DNA from: an uncultured Gammaproteobacteria bacterium
GTDB lineage: Bacteria > Patescibacteriota > Microgenomatia > Levybacterales > UBA12049
NCBI GenBank assembly: GCA_964507055.1
Contig: CAZDOJ010000001.1
Span: forward strand, 77,210-141,209
Direction of reading: 5' to 3'
Length of the DNA stretch: 64,000 nucleotides
Part shown: in pieces, positions 18,541 to 27,716 of the stretch
How positions within the stretch are numbered: position 1 is the first letter of the stretch
Layout of the letters: each line of letters starts with the position of its first letter
The notes under the pieces: generated by a model
Told to the model about the DNA's origin: nothing
The model's input: the letters and a program-made list of their open reading frames with translations, nothing else
The model's database searches: none
Program-made: the position numbers and the translations under genes

Positions 18541-18932
18541 TGACAAAACCCAAAGTTTTAATTTACGTAGAAAGCAGATATAAAGTCAATCGAAAGAGGA
18601 TGAAAGCTGCTGTTTCTCACGTGCTTGAAGAACAGAATGTGCAAAGTCAGATCGAAGTCTCCATCGCTATTGTCGGTGATCGAAAGATGCGTGCTTTGAA
18701 TAAAAAGTACCGAGACAAAGACAAGACTGCAAATATCCTTTCTTTCCCAATTTCTGAAGGCGGAGAATCTGTTTTGCCGCCGGATTCAGATGTCAATCGA
18801 TTGGGAGATATAATCATTTCATATCCTGAATTGATCAGGGAAGCTGCATCAGAAGAAGAACTCGTTGATGATCGTGTCGACATGCTCGTCGAACACGGCA
18901 TGCTGCATTTACTAGGAATTCACCATCAGTAA
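18540..18932 (+). CDS. ybeY: rRNA maturation endoribonuclease YbeY
   Basis: Zinc-binding motif HGMLHLLGIHH. Translationally coupled to rpsU. Confidence 0.8.
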   Translation: MTKPKVLIYVESRYKVNRKRMKAAVSHVLEEQNVQSQIEVSIAIVGDRKMRALNKKYRDKDKTANILSFPISEGGESVLPPDSDVNRLGDIIISYPELIREAASEEELVDDRVDMLVEHGMLHLLGIHHQ

Positions 18933-19019
18933 GTTTTTTTGCCATCCTGAACTTGTTTCAACATGCCAGTTTTCTTTCTTCCCGGAATAGGATAATCATG
19001 TATAATAATCCGACGTCCC

Positions 19020-20525
19020 ATGGTTTTCTATCGTAAATATCGTCCACAAATAATTCATGATCTTGATAGTGCAGCAGTACGCGAAACATTAACTTCAGTC
19101 CTTAAGAAAAGTGTCCCACATGCATTTCTCTTTACCGGTCCAAAAGGTTTGGGTAAAACCTCAACAGCTCGTATCCTTGCAAAAGCTGTTAATTGTACAG
19201 GCAAAAAAGAAGGAGAGACCGAACCCTGCAATGTTTGTGAGCAATGTCTTTCTATAACCAACGGCACAAGTATCGATATTTTGGAAATCGATGCCGCGTC
19301 CAATCGAGGTATTGATGAAATCCGTGATCTGAAGGAAAAAATCCGATTGTCGCCAGTTTCTTCATTAAAAAAAGTCTATATCATTGATGAAGTTCACATG
19401 TTAACGACAGAAGCATTCAATGCACTACTTAAAACGCTTGAAGAACCGCCTGAACATGCTATGTTCGTACTTTGTACCACAGAACCGCAGAAAGTACCGT
19501 CAACGATCCTCTCACGCTGTTTCCATATATCATTTTCTCTTGCAACGCCGGAAGAATTAGTACGTTCATTCAAAAGAATCATTAAAAGCGAACAAGCAGA
19601 AGTCGATGATGATTCTCTCCTTATGATTGCAAAGCTAGCAGGAGGAGGCTTCCGAGATGGTGTAAAGATGTTGGAAGAGTTGATTACCTTGGCACAAGGA
19701 AAAAAGATTACCAAGGATTTTATTGAAGAGAAATATAAAGTTTCAAGTATTACTTTACAGGTTTCAGATTTACTTGCAAGCTTTGCTGCAAAAGATTCAC
19801 AAAAAGGTTTGCAGATAATTGCGGCTTTGACGCAACAGGGGATCGATATGAAACATTTCATCCAGAAGTTGATGGAAGCGTTGCATGAAGAAATGCTTGG
19901 GCAGATTCAAGATAAAGGTAAAGCATCACAGTTTACGCTTGATGAGATTAAAGTTCTATTCGCATTATTATCCCGTGCATATGGTGAAATGAAGTTTGCA
20001 GTATTGCCGCAATTGCCTTTAGAATTGGTTATTTTAGAATGGAACATAAATAGTGGAAGCACTTCGACTTCGCTCAGGGAAGAAATTGGTGTTGGTGCAC
20101 CGATGTCTATGGTTGTCGAAGATATTACAGTCAAAACCCTTCGCAAGCACGTTGGAGATATTAAGCGTAAGGAAGCATTGTACGGTGTCCCGAAGAAAGA
20201 TCCAAAAGCGGATGAAGATGAAGTTGTTATCGAAACAACAACTGTTGAATTGATGAAGACAGATGGCAAAGAAGCTACAAAAGAATGGCTTGATCTTTTC
20301 TGGAAGAATTTGATCAATGAAATGAAACAATATAATCATACAGTTGCAGGACTTCTTCGGGGATGCACAATCAAAAGCTATTCCAAAAATCATTTGCTCA
20401 TTGAAGCGGGATATAAGTTTCATAAAGAACGACTCGATGATTTAAAAAATAGAGAAGCATTACTCAAGATTGCGAAAGCTTTGACTGGTAATGATATGGA
20501 AATTGCGGTAGAATTGAAGAAATAA
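19020..20525 (+). CDS. dnaX: DNA polymerase III subunit gamma/tau
   Basis: Walker A GPKGLGKTS, Zn module CNVCEQC, and IDAASNRGIDEIRDL/IIDEVHML (AAA+ clamp loader). Confidence 0.85.
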   Translation: MVFYRKYRPQIIHDLDSAAVRETLTSVLKKSVPHAFLFTGPKGLGKTSTARILAKAVNCTGKKEGETEPCNVCEQCLSITNGTSIDILEIDAASNRGIDEIRDLKEKIRLSPVSSLKKVYIIDEVHMLTTEAFNALLKTLEEPPEHAMFVLCTTEPQKVPSTILSRCFHISFSLATPEELVRSFKRIIKSEQAEVDDDSLLMIAKLAGGGFRDGVKMLEELITLAQGKKITKDFIEEKYKVSSITLQVSDLLASFAAKDSQKGLQIIAALTQQGIDMKHFIQKLMEALHEEMLGQIQDKGKASQFTLDEIKVLFALLSRAYGEMKFAVLPQLPLELVILEWNINSGSTSTSLREEIGVGAPMSMVVEDITVKTLRKHVGDIKRKEALYGVPKKDPKADEDEVVIETTTVELMKTDGKEATKEWLDLFWKNLINEMKQYNHTVAGLLRGCTIKSYSKNHLLIEAGYKFHKERLDDLKNREALLKIAKALTGNDMEIAVELKK

Positions 20526-20563
20526 AAGCTTAGCTATTGAGCGAAGCAATGAAAGTGAGGTGA

Positions 20564-20866
20564 TTGATTATGGCATTTAATCCATTTGGACAATTAGGCG
20601 AATTGAAGAAGATGCGTGACCAAGCTATGGCTATGCAACGAGAGCTGAAAATGCAGGAAGTTGAAGTTAATAAGCATGGTGTATACGTCCGAATCAGTGG
20701 TGACCAAGAAATTCGAGAAATCAAAAGTAACGGAAAATCAGATAACGACATCAGAGGTGCGGTTAATGAAGCTGTGAAGAAATCACAAGAAGTGGCTGCA
20801 AAGAAACTTCAAGAAATGACCGGCGGTATGGGAGGACTCGGAAGTCTTCTCGGTGGCGGTAAATAA
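20564..20866 (+). CDS. ybaB: nucleoid-associated protein YbaB/EbfC
   Basis: 100 aa with MAFNPFGQLGELKKM...; sits in the conserved dnaX-ybaB-recR neighbourhood. SD GAGGTGA. Confidence 0.75.
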   Translation: MIMAFNPFGQLGELKKMRDQAMAMQRELKMQEVEVNKHGVYVRISGDQEIREIKSNGKSDNDIRGAVNEAVKKSQEVAAKKLQEMTGGMGGLGSLLGGGK

Positions 20867-20878
20867 TATTCGTAATCT

Positions 20879-21838
20879 ATGGCAAATCTTGCAATCGATG
20901 AACCCATCCTTTTGACGGGGACTTCACATGTTGGTTTGGCACGGGATATCGCAAAGCTCTCAAATATTGCATTGTTTGAGCCTATTTCTATTTTCTCCGA
21001 TGGAGAAATTAGAGTGCGAATCACGCCCAACATGCGTCGTCGTCATGTTTTTATAATTCAACCAACAGCACCAAAAGTGAATGATAGTATTATGGAAGTA
21101 TTATTCATGATTGATGCTGCGAAGCGTGCTTCTGCTGCGGAAATATCAGTCATCATCCCTTACTTTTCGTATTCCAGGCAAGATCGCAAAGAGATGCCAC
21201 GAGTTCCGATAAGTTCATCAGTCGTTGCACAAATGATTGAAAATACCGGAGCAGCTCGAATCGTTACAGTCGATATCCATTCCGAACAACAACAAGGGTT
21301 TGTCCAGATTCCATGGGATAATTTGTATGGCAGTTATGCTTTGCTCCCAACTATTAAATCAAAGAATCTTGATGGGATAGTGGTGGCGTCACCGGATAAG
21401 GGTGGATTACTCCGTGCAACAAGTTATGCCAAAATGCTTGCAGCGTCTGGTGTGGCATTGGTGTACAAACAACGTGATGTCACTCTTAATAACCAATCAA
21501 AAGCCTTGGCGATGATTGGTGAAGTGAAGAATAAAAATGTTATCTTGGTTGATGATATGCTCGATACTGGAGGAACTATTGTTCATGCAGCGGATTTCTT
21601 GAAAAAAGAAGGTGCCAAAAGTATCAGAGTTGCTGTCACGCATGGGCTTTTTTCTGGAGATGCGATAGAGAATATTAGTAAATCAGCAATTGATGAAGTT
21701 ATCATTACTGATACAATTGCACTTCGACCGGATGTCTCAAAGAATCCAAAGATAAAAGTTGCGACTGTTGCTCCATTGGTTGCTGAAGCAATCAAACGAA
21801 TTCGTACAGGAGAATCTCTCAGCAATCTTATATTCTAA
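20879..21838 (+). CDS. prs: ribose-phosphate pyrophosphokinase
   Basis: PRPP-binding motif VDDMLDTGGT and typical Prs length. Confidence 0.8.
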   Translation: MANLAIDEPILLTGTSHVGLARDIAKLSNIALFEPISIFSDGEIRVRITPNMRRRHVFIIQPTAPKVNDSIMEVLFMIDAAKRASAAEISVIIPYFSYSRQDRKEMPRVPISSSVVAQMIENTGAARIVTVDIHSEQQQGFVQIPWDNLYGSYALLPTIKSKNLDGIVVASPDKGGLLRATSYAKMLAASGVALVYKQRDVTLNNQSKALAMIGEVKNKNVILVDDMLDTGGTIVHAADFLKKEGAKSIRVAVTHGLFSGDAIENISKSAIDEVIITDTIALRPDVSKNPKIKVATVAPLVAEAIKRIRTGESLSNLIF

Positions 21839-21840
21839 TT

Positions 21841-22470
21841 ATGAAAATTCCAAAAGCAATTCAACAAGTAGTCGAAAGTTTTGAACGGTTACCGGGCATT
21901 GGTCCAAAAACTGCTGAACGCTTAACATTCTATCTCCTGCATGTGCCACAAGGTGAGTTAGATCGGTTTGCACGATCAGTCCAGAATCTACGAATTGGAA
22001 CCGTAAGCTGTTCAATTTGTTTCAATGTTGGAGAGAGTGATCCATGTGATGTTTGCTCTGATCCGCATCGTGATAAGTCAGTTGTTTGTGTTGTAGAGCA
22101 ACCACTTGACGTGATCGCACTGGAAAAAAGTAGGAAATTCAAAGGACTTTACCATGTGCTTCATGGAAAGATTGATCCACTCAATAATATCGGTCCTGAT
22201 GAACTTCGTATTGGTGAATTGGTTTCAAGGATTAGAAAAAGCACTTCGACTTCGCTCAGTGATGGAAGTGAAATAAAAGAAATTATTTTAGCAACCAATC
22301 CCACAATGGAAGGTGAAGCCACGGCAATGTATATCGCAAAGCAATTGAAATCAGTTGATGGCGATGTCAAAATCTCTCGAATTGGACGAGGACTCCCGAT
22401 CGGTTCTGACATTGAATATGCTGACCCGACGACACTCGAACGAGCGATGGAAGGTCGTAGCGAGTACTAA
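21841..22470 (+). CDS. recR: recombination protein RecR
   Basis: HhH (LPGIGPKTAERL), C4 zinc finger (CSICFNV...CDVC), Toprim, and ILATNPTMEGEATAMYIA. Carries a 7-aa STSTSLS insertion encoded by a 21-nt sequence identical to one in dnaX. Confidence 0.85.
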   Translation: MKIPKAIQQVVESFERLPGIGPKTAERLTFYLLHVPQGELDRFARSVQNLRIGTVSCSICFNVGESDPCDVCSDPHRDKSVVCVVEQPLDVIALEKSRKFKGLYHVLHGKIDPLNNIGPDELRIGELVSRIRKSTSTSLSDGSEIKEIILATNPTMEGEATAMYIAKQLKSVDGDVKISRIGRGLPIGSDIEYADPTTLERAMEGRSEY

Positions 22471-22507
22471 TTTGTTTCTTTAATTGTATTTGTTGTACTA
22501 TAGAAGT

Positions 22508-23110
22508 ATGGGGTTTAATCCATTTCATTCCAATTCTGAAGGCTCATCCTTTGAAGAAGGTAATCCTATCAATGCAGGTTTAAAGAAGAAAGCACAAGAT
22601 GCTGGAGGACAAGCTTCCCAGCAAGCAAAAGCTGCAAATCAAACATTCGTTGACCAATTATATGGGAATGTTTCTTCGGCTTCTCCAGAAACACTTGATC
22701 CAAGTGGTGATCCCGCACAAGCTGCATCACAAATGCAAAAGGCATCTGCTGCCTCTCCAAGTGGTCCAATGCCGGCTGCAAATCCAGGTGAGCAATCCAA
22801 GCTTGATGAAACACGACAAAAGCTAATGGAGTTACAAAAACAGCATAAAGAAACTTACTTTGAAGCAACATTTGGTGCAGAAGCACAACAAAAGAGAAGA
22901 GAGAGAGAAGAAGAGGAGTTGCAATTAAAACAAGAAGAAGAGGAACAGCAGCAACAGGAGGAAGAAGAGAAGAAGGCAAGGATGGAAGAATCCATGCAAT
23001 CATTCCAATCGCATGGCAAGAATGGCAAAGGTCCTGACAAACTTGGTGCACCAGTTGCAGTGACACAAGCAAAGACAAAAACCGAAATTAATCGTGGATC
23101 AAGCGGTTGA
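22508..23110 (+). CDS. hypothetical Q/E/A-rich coiled-coil protein
   Basis: The ORF listing starts at a TTG at 22484. The ATG at 22508 gives MGFNPFHS. E/Q-rich low-complexity segment EEEELQLKQEEEEQQQQEEEEKK. Confidence 0.4.
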   Translation: MGFNPFHSNSEGSSFEEGNPINAGLKKKAQDAGGQASQQAKAANQTFVDQLYGNVSSASPETLDPSGDPAQAASQMQKASAASPSGPMPAANPGEQSKLDETRQKLMELQKQHKETYFEATFGAEAQQKRREREEEELQLKQEEEEQQQQEEEEKKARMEESMQSFQSHGKNGKGPDKLGAPVAVTQAKTKTEINRGSSG

Positions 23111-23155
23111 TCATTTTATCCATCTTCTTTGCCATTCTGCTAGGTTCAATGTATA

Positions 23156-24580
23156 ATGCAATATATGCTTAAGCTATATAATTCACTTTCCCGCAAAGTA
23201 GAAGACTTTAAACCAATTCATCCACTCCAAGTAGGGATGTATTCGTGTGGTCCAACTGTGTATCAATTTGCACACATTGGTAACATGCGTGCTTTTACCA
23301 CTGCTGATTTATTGCTTCGAACACTCAAATACAATGGTTATGATGTTAAGTTTATCATGAACATTACAGACGTCGGACATATGACACTTGATGATGCTGG
23401 TGGTGGAGATGGTGGAGAAGATAAGCTTGAGAAGACGGCCCGACTTGAAGGTAAAACTGTTTGGGAAGTCGCTGAATTTTATACAGAAATTTTCCTTAAA
23501 GATTATGATTCACTCAACCTCACGCGGCCAAATAAATTCTGCAAAGCAACAGATCATATTCGTGAACAAATTGACCTCATCAAACGTCTTGAAGCAGCAG
23601 GGTATACGTACGAAACTTCAGATGGCATTTACTTTGACACGATAAAGTATCCAGAATATGGTAAACTTTCTTCGCTTGATCAAGTTAAAGAAGGTGCTCG
23701 TGTAGAGGCAAATGAAGAAAAACATAGTCCACGAGATTTTGCATTATGGAAGTTCAGTCCATCAGGTGAAAAACGACAAATGGAGTGGAAGAGTCCATGG
23801 GGTAAAGGATTTCCAGGTTGGCATATCGAATGTTCTGCGATGAGTATGAAATACCTTGGTGAATCATTTGATATTCATACCGGAGGTATTGATCACAAAG
23901 AAATCCATCATCCAAACGAAATAGCACAATCAGAAGCGGTGACAAATAAGCCGTTGGCAAAGTATTGGATTCACACAGCGTTTATGCAAATTTCAGGTGA
24001 GAAGATGAGTAAGAGTTTGGGCAATACCTACACGCTTTATGATTTGGAACAACAAAATTATGATCTTCTCGCATTGCGATATCTGTATCTCCAAACACAC
24101 TATCGACAGGAAATGAATTTTACCTACCAATCACTTGATGCTGCACAAAATGCCTACAAGAAATTGGTTATCGAAATCAGCAAATGGGAAGATGAGAATA
24201 CAGATAACGGTACAGGTTTTGCTGAAGCCTTGAAAGAATATGAGGATCGCTTTTTGGAAGCAATTAATGAAGATTTGAATATGGCAAAAGCTTTGGCTGT
24301 TGTTTGGGAGTTGGTAAAAGCAGACCTCCCAAGTGGTGCAAAAGCAAAGTTAGTTTTCAAATTTGATAGAGTACTTGGACTTAACTTGGAAGATCTAGCG
24401 AAGCAAATCAGTGTTGTTGAAGGAAAAATTCCAGGACAAATCCAACACATGGTTGAAGAGCGACAAATGCTTCGAAAACAAAACCATTTCAATGCAGCTG
24501 ATAAGATTCGTGCAGATATCGAGAAGTTAGGATATATTATTGAAGATACTCCTAAGGGGATTAAAGTTCGAAAGAAATAA
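23156..24580 (+). CDS. cysS: cysteine--tRNA ligase
   Basis: HIGN (HIGH-class) motif, KMSKS, and cysteine-ligand CGPT and HIECS. Confidence 0.85.
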   Translation: MQYMLKLYNSLSRKVEDFKPIHPLQVGMYSCGPTVYQFAHIGNMRAFTTADLLLRTLKYNGYDVKFIMNITDVGHMTLDDAGGGDGGEDKLEKTARLEGKTVWEVAEFYTEIFLKDYDSLNLTRPNKFCKATDHIREQIDLIKRLEAAGYTYETSDGIYFDTIKYPEYGKLSSLDQVKEGARVEANEEKHSPRDFALWKFSPSGEKRQMEWKSPWGKGFPGWHIECSAMSMKYLGESFDIHTGGIDHKEIHHPNEIAQSEAVTNKPLAKYWIHTAFMQISGEKMSKSLGNTYTLYDLEQQNYDLLALRYLYLQTHYRQEMNFTYQSLDAAQNAYKKLVIEISKWEDENTDNGTGFAEALKEYEDRFLEAINEDLNMAKALAVVWELVKADLPSGAKAKLVFKFDRVLGLNLEDLAKQISVVEGKIPGQIQHMVEERQMLRKQNHFNAADKIRADIEKLGYIIEDTPKGIKVRKK

Positions 24581-24582
24581 TA

Positions 24583-24903
24583 TTATACTCTTCTTTTTAC
24601 TGCTATCAAAAAACTCACAAAAAAGTACACCAATAATACTTGCCAAAAAAGAATTGAGATAAAAGTGGTACTGAGGAATAATGCTACCGCTTCACGCTGC
24701 ATCCCATACACAACGATAAGTAATGAGCCAATTTTTGCAGTAAGAAAAAGGAGCACAACAGCAATCATTGGAGAAAAAATGACAGGAATGAGCACTGGTC
24801 TTCGTACTGTTTCTTTAATAGATTTGTACGGATGGAAGGTCAATCCCAAAAGCATCTTGGTCCAAATATAACTTGCGTAAATAAGAAAAACTCTTTTCTT
24901 CAT
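24583..24903 (-). CDS. small integral membrane protein
   Basis: Three predicted TM helices. Last gene of a sigma/anti-sigma operon on the minus strand. Confidence 0.4.
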   Translation of the reverse strand: MKKRVFLIYASYIWTKMLLGLTFHPYKSIKETVRRPVLIPVIFSPMIAVVLLFLTAKIGSLLIVVYGMQREAVALFLSTTFISILFWQVLLVYFFVSFLIAVKRRV

Positions 24904-25130
24904 ATGATTCCTCGAAACAATCGTAAAATAAAATCTGTATAGTCAGGACCAATAACACTACGAAAAAGAAGTGAAACAAGAAAGGCGAGTGGAATTAAAA
25001 ATCTCCAAGGATGATGACTGAACCATTCAATGACAAATTTGAAGAATTTGGGGAAGGGAACAGCTTTCATTGCTTGTTCTTGTTCACGTGCTCGATCTTG
25101 GAGTTTTAGTAGGAATTCACGTTCGTTCAT
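24900..25130 (-). CDS. putative membrane-anchored anti-sigma factor
   Basis: 76 aa with one C-terminal TM helix. Immediately downstream of, and overlapping, the ECF sigma factor gene. Confidence 0.4.
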   Translation of the reverse strand: MNEREFLLKLQDRAREQEQAMKAVPFPKFFKFVIEWFSHHPWRFLIPLAFLVSLLFRSVIGPDYTDFILRLFRGII

Positions 25131-25650
25131 ATGATTTTATAAAGCTTTGCCGAGCCCTGTAGAGAAGTGATTCTGTAGCTTTATCTGATAGGTTCATCGC
25201 TAATGCAATTGCTTTGACAGACAACTCATCTTCATAATGCATTCGCAATATTTGTTGATAATGTGTTGCAATACTTAAAAATGCAGCCTCAATCCGGTCT
25301 CTAATTTTATTCTTTTCCATTTGAAATTCAGGTTGGCTTATTTCGTTTGCAATAATCGAAAGGTATGGCATCTGAGAAAAAAGGAAAGACTTAATCTTAC
25401 GTTTTCGATAAAAGTCAGCAGTTTTATTTAAAGCAATCTTATACAACCATGCTTGCACATTGGTTTCTTTTTGCAAAGTCGGCAAAGCATCTACTGCTTC
25501 AAGAAAAACATCATTTAATATCTCCTGTGCATCTTCTCCTTGCGGTAATTTATTTTTTAAAAACCGTAAGATTCTTGGGGAGTAGAAGTTATAAAAGGCG
25601 ACAACTGCCTGCTCATCTCCCTGCAGCACTTTGGTAATTAAGGAGCTCAT
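25117..25650 (-). CDS. RNA polymerase sigma factor, ECF (sigma-70 family)
   Basis: Region 2 (FLEAVDAL...AWLYKIALNKTADFYRKR) and region 4 (LSVKAIALAMNLSDKATESLLYRARQ). Confidence 0.75.
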   Translation of the reverse strand: MSSLITKVLQGDEQAVVAFYNFYSPRILRFLKNKLPQGEDAQEILNDVFLEAVDALPTLQKETNVQAWLYKIALNKTADFYRKRKIKSFLFSQMPYLSIIANEISQPEFQMEKNKIRDRIEAAFLSIATHYQQILRMHYEDELSVKAIALAMNLSDKATESLLYRARQSFIKSYERT

Positions 25651-25714
25651 GCAGACATTATATGTAAAATCGAATGATTTGGCAAAAAATTACGACTTAT
25701 TACATAGTCGTTCT

Positions 25715-26491
25715 ATGAAGCAAAAGATTTATTGCATCAAACTTGGAGGTTCAGTCATTACTGATAAAACTGTTCCGTATAAAGCTCAGATTGAGACGAT
25801 TCGTGCGGTTGCAAAATCGTTAAAGAAAGTAAAAGCACCCTTACTGATTGCACATGGCAGTGGAAGCTTTGGTCATACTTCTGCCAAAAAATATGGAGGA
25901 AAAAATGGTTACACTGATCGATGGGGTATAGCAAAAGTTTCTCGAGATGCTCAGGAAATAAATAGAATTGTCATAGATATCCTTATCGAAGAAGGTCTTC
26001 CTGCCGTTTCATTTAGCCCACGAAGCTTTATTCTTGCAAAAAAGGGTATCATTAACGAAACGTATTTTTCACCTGTCAGAGAAGCTCTCAAGCAAGGACT
26101 AATTCCTGTCATCTATGGAGATGTTATCTGGGATAGTGCTCAGAAAACCACGATTCTTTCTGGCGAAACAATACTTAATGCTATTTGTCAGGATTTACAA
26201 AAACATAATTACACTATTGCCAAAATAATCCAACTTTGTAATGTTGACGGAGTTTTGGATGATACCAAAAAAGTTATTCCTGAAATAACAAAAGAAAATT
26301 GGAAAACAACGAAAGCATATATACAAAATCTATCTGTTGCAGATGTTACGGGAGGAATGTTTCATAAAGTTGAAGATGCTTTATCAATGGCAAATTATGG
26401 AGTCGAGACCTTGCTTTTGAACGGAAATGACTCAAATAATTTGTCCTATGCAATTAAAGGTAAATCAGTAGAAGGGACGGTTATCAGATAA
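25715..26491 (+). CDS. isopentenyl phosphate kinase (amino-acid kinase family)
   Basis: IKLGGSVITDK and AHGSGSFGH, matching the IPK HGGGSFGH signature. The start was moved to the ATG at 25715, because the longer ORF would overlap the divergent sigma gene. Adjacent to idi and uppS. Confidence 0.6.
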   Translation: MKQKIYCIKLGGSVITDKTVPYKAQIETIRAVAKSLKKVKAPLLIAHGSGSFGHTSAKKYGGKNGYTDRWGIAKVSRDAQEINRIVIDILIEEGLPAVSFSPRSFILAKKGIINETYFSPVREALKQGLIPVIYGDVIWDSAQKTTILSGETILNAICQDLQKHNYTIAKIIQLCNVDGVLDDTKKVIPEITKENWKTTKAYIQNLSVADVTGGMFHKVEDALSMANYGVETLLLNGNDSNNLSYAIKGKSVEGTVIR

Positions 26492-26493
26492 TC

Positions 26494-27162
26494 ATGAGTA
26501 TTTCTTCTATTGAATCATTAGCGATTCCATCTCACGAACAAGATGAGGCCTTACGAACGGTTGTCGGAATAGGAGTTCTTATTGTATTAAAGGATTTATC
26601 AGAAGCTGATGACCAACAATTGCAAATACTTTCCGTTAGACAAGGTGAGTCCAAGCCTGAAACAGGTAAAATCGAAGGGAGTCTTTCTTTGGTTCAGGAA
26701 ACGATTAAGGTCGATCCTGTTACACATATCCCTGAATCTCCAACTGATACCTTGCGAGGAGCAATGGAAGAGGTCATCGATGCACAAGGTGTCCGAGATG
26801 TGGGGCATCATTTCCGGCGAGTTCTTTATAAAGAAAGGCCAGAGATCCCATTGTTTACACTTCCTGGTACCGCGGGAGGACTGGAAGTCGTTATTTATGA
26901 TGGCCCTGCACAGTATGCTTTTAATCCTACCGCGAAGAAAGAAATTGCTGGACCTCCACAATGGCTTACTGTGGCAAATTTTCTCAATGATCCAACCGCA
27001 AGAGATACTTCCCTTGAAATAGTGAATCATGCTGCGAGCAATCGGATGCTTACTCATGGTTTACATCGATCAACATCACCAGTTTTCCCTGAAGGATATC
27101 AATTTGATTACTCCCATCGACAACGAGAAAAGCTTCCGGACATTACAAGAGTTAGAAGGTGA
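26494..27162 (+). CDS. hypothetical protein inside the isoprenoid gene block
   Basis: 222-aa ORF coupled to the neighbouring genes. No recognisable motif. Overlapping ORFs on both strands make the coding assignment less certain. Confidence 0.35.
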   Translation: MSISSIESLAIPSHEQDEALRTVVGIGVLIVLKDLSEADDQQLQILSVRQGESKPETGKIEGSLSLVQETIKVDPVTHIPESPTDTLRGAMEEVIDAQGVRDVGHHFRRVLYKERPEIPLFTLPGTAGGLEVVIYDGPAQYAFNPTAKKEIAGPPQWLTVANFLNDPTARDTSLEIVNHAASNRMLTHGLHRSTSPVFPEGYQFDYSHRQREKLPDITRVRR

Positions 27163-27170
27163 GTGATCTT

Positions 27171-27716
27171 ATGAATGAATTTGTTGTACTCGTAAATGAT
27201 AATAATGAAGAGATTGGTACTATGCCCAAGCTCGAAGCACATAGTGGGAATACTCCGCTACATCGGGGTTTCTCGTCATATGTGTTTAATCTCAATGGAG
27301 AATTCTTATTAACACAGCGTGCACTTTCCAAGAAAGTCTGGCCAGGAATGTGGACCAATAGTTGTTGTGGACATCCAGCACAAGGTGAATCTGTGGAAGA
27401 TGCTGTGAAGCGAAGGTTGGATTATGAATTAGGTCTTCAACCTCGGAAATTGGAGATTATACTTCCAGATTTTCGCTATAAAGTTGAGCTTAATGGTATT
27501 GTAGAAAATGAAATATGCCCTGTTTACTTTGTATTAGTTGATAGTGATCCTATTCCAAATCCTTTGGAAGTAGAATTCTATCTCTGGGTGAACTGGGAAA
27601 CATATATACAAAATGTAACTAAAAATCCAACTGATTATTCTGAATGGAGTGTTTTACAAGTTGCACAACTAAAAGATGATCCAGTTGCAGCGAATTTTAT
27701 AAAAAATAACATATGA
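27171..27716 (+). CDS. idi: isopentenyl-diphosphate delta-isomerase, type 1 (Nudix)
   Basis: TNSCCGHP active-site motif and a Nudix fold. SD AAGGTGAG 7 nt before the ATG at 27171. Confidence 0.75.
   Translation: MNEFVVLVNDNNEEIGTMPKLEAHSGNTPLHRGFSSYVFNLNGEFLLTQRALSKKVWPGMWTNSCCGHPAQGESVEDAVKRRLDYELGLQPRKLEIILPDFRYKVELNGIVENEICPVYFVLVDSDPIPNPLEVEFYLWVNWETYIQNVTKNPTDYSEWSVLQVAQLKDDPVAANFIKNNI

Noticed and set aside
22484-22507. TTG-initiated extension (MYLLYYRS) of the Q/E-rich ORF
   Set aside because: It is a non-ATG start with no SD. The ATG at 22508 gives the MGFNPF N-terminus parallel to ybaB.
25631-25714. Longer IPK start that would overlap the divergent sigma-factor gene by 20 nt
   Set aside because: Overlapping divergent 5' ends are unlikely. 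The internal ATG at 25715 gives a typical IPK N-terminus (MKQKIYCIKLGGS).
26599-27057. Antisense and alternative-frame ORFs inside 26494-27162
   Set aside because: The sense 222-aa frame spans the whole gap and is translationally coupled to its neighbours. The region remains low-confidence, but the alternatives are shorter and lack start signals.
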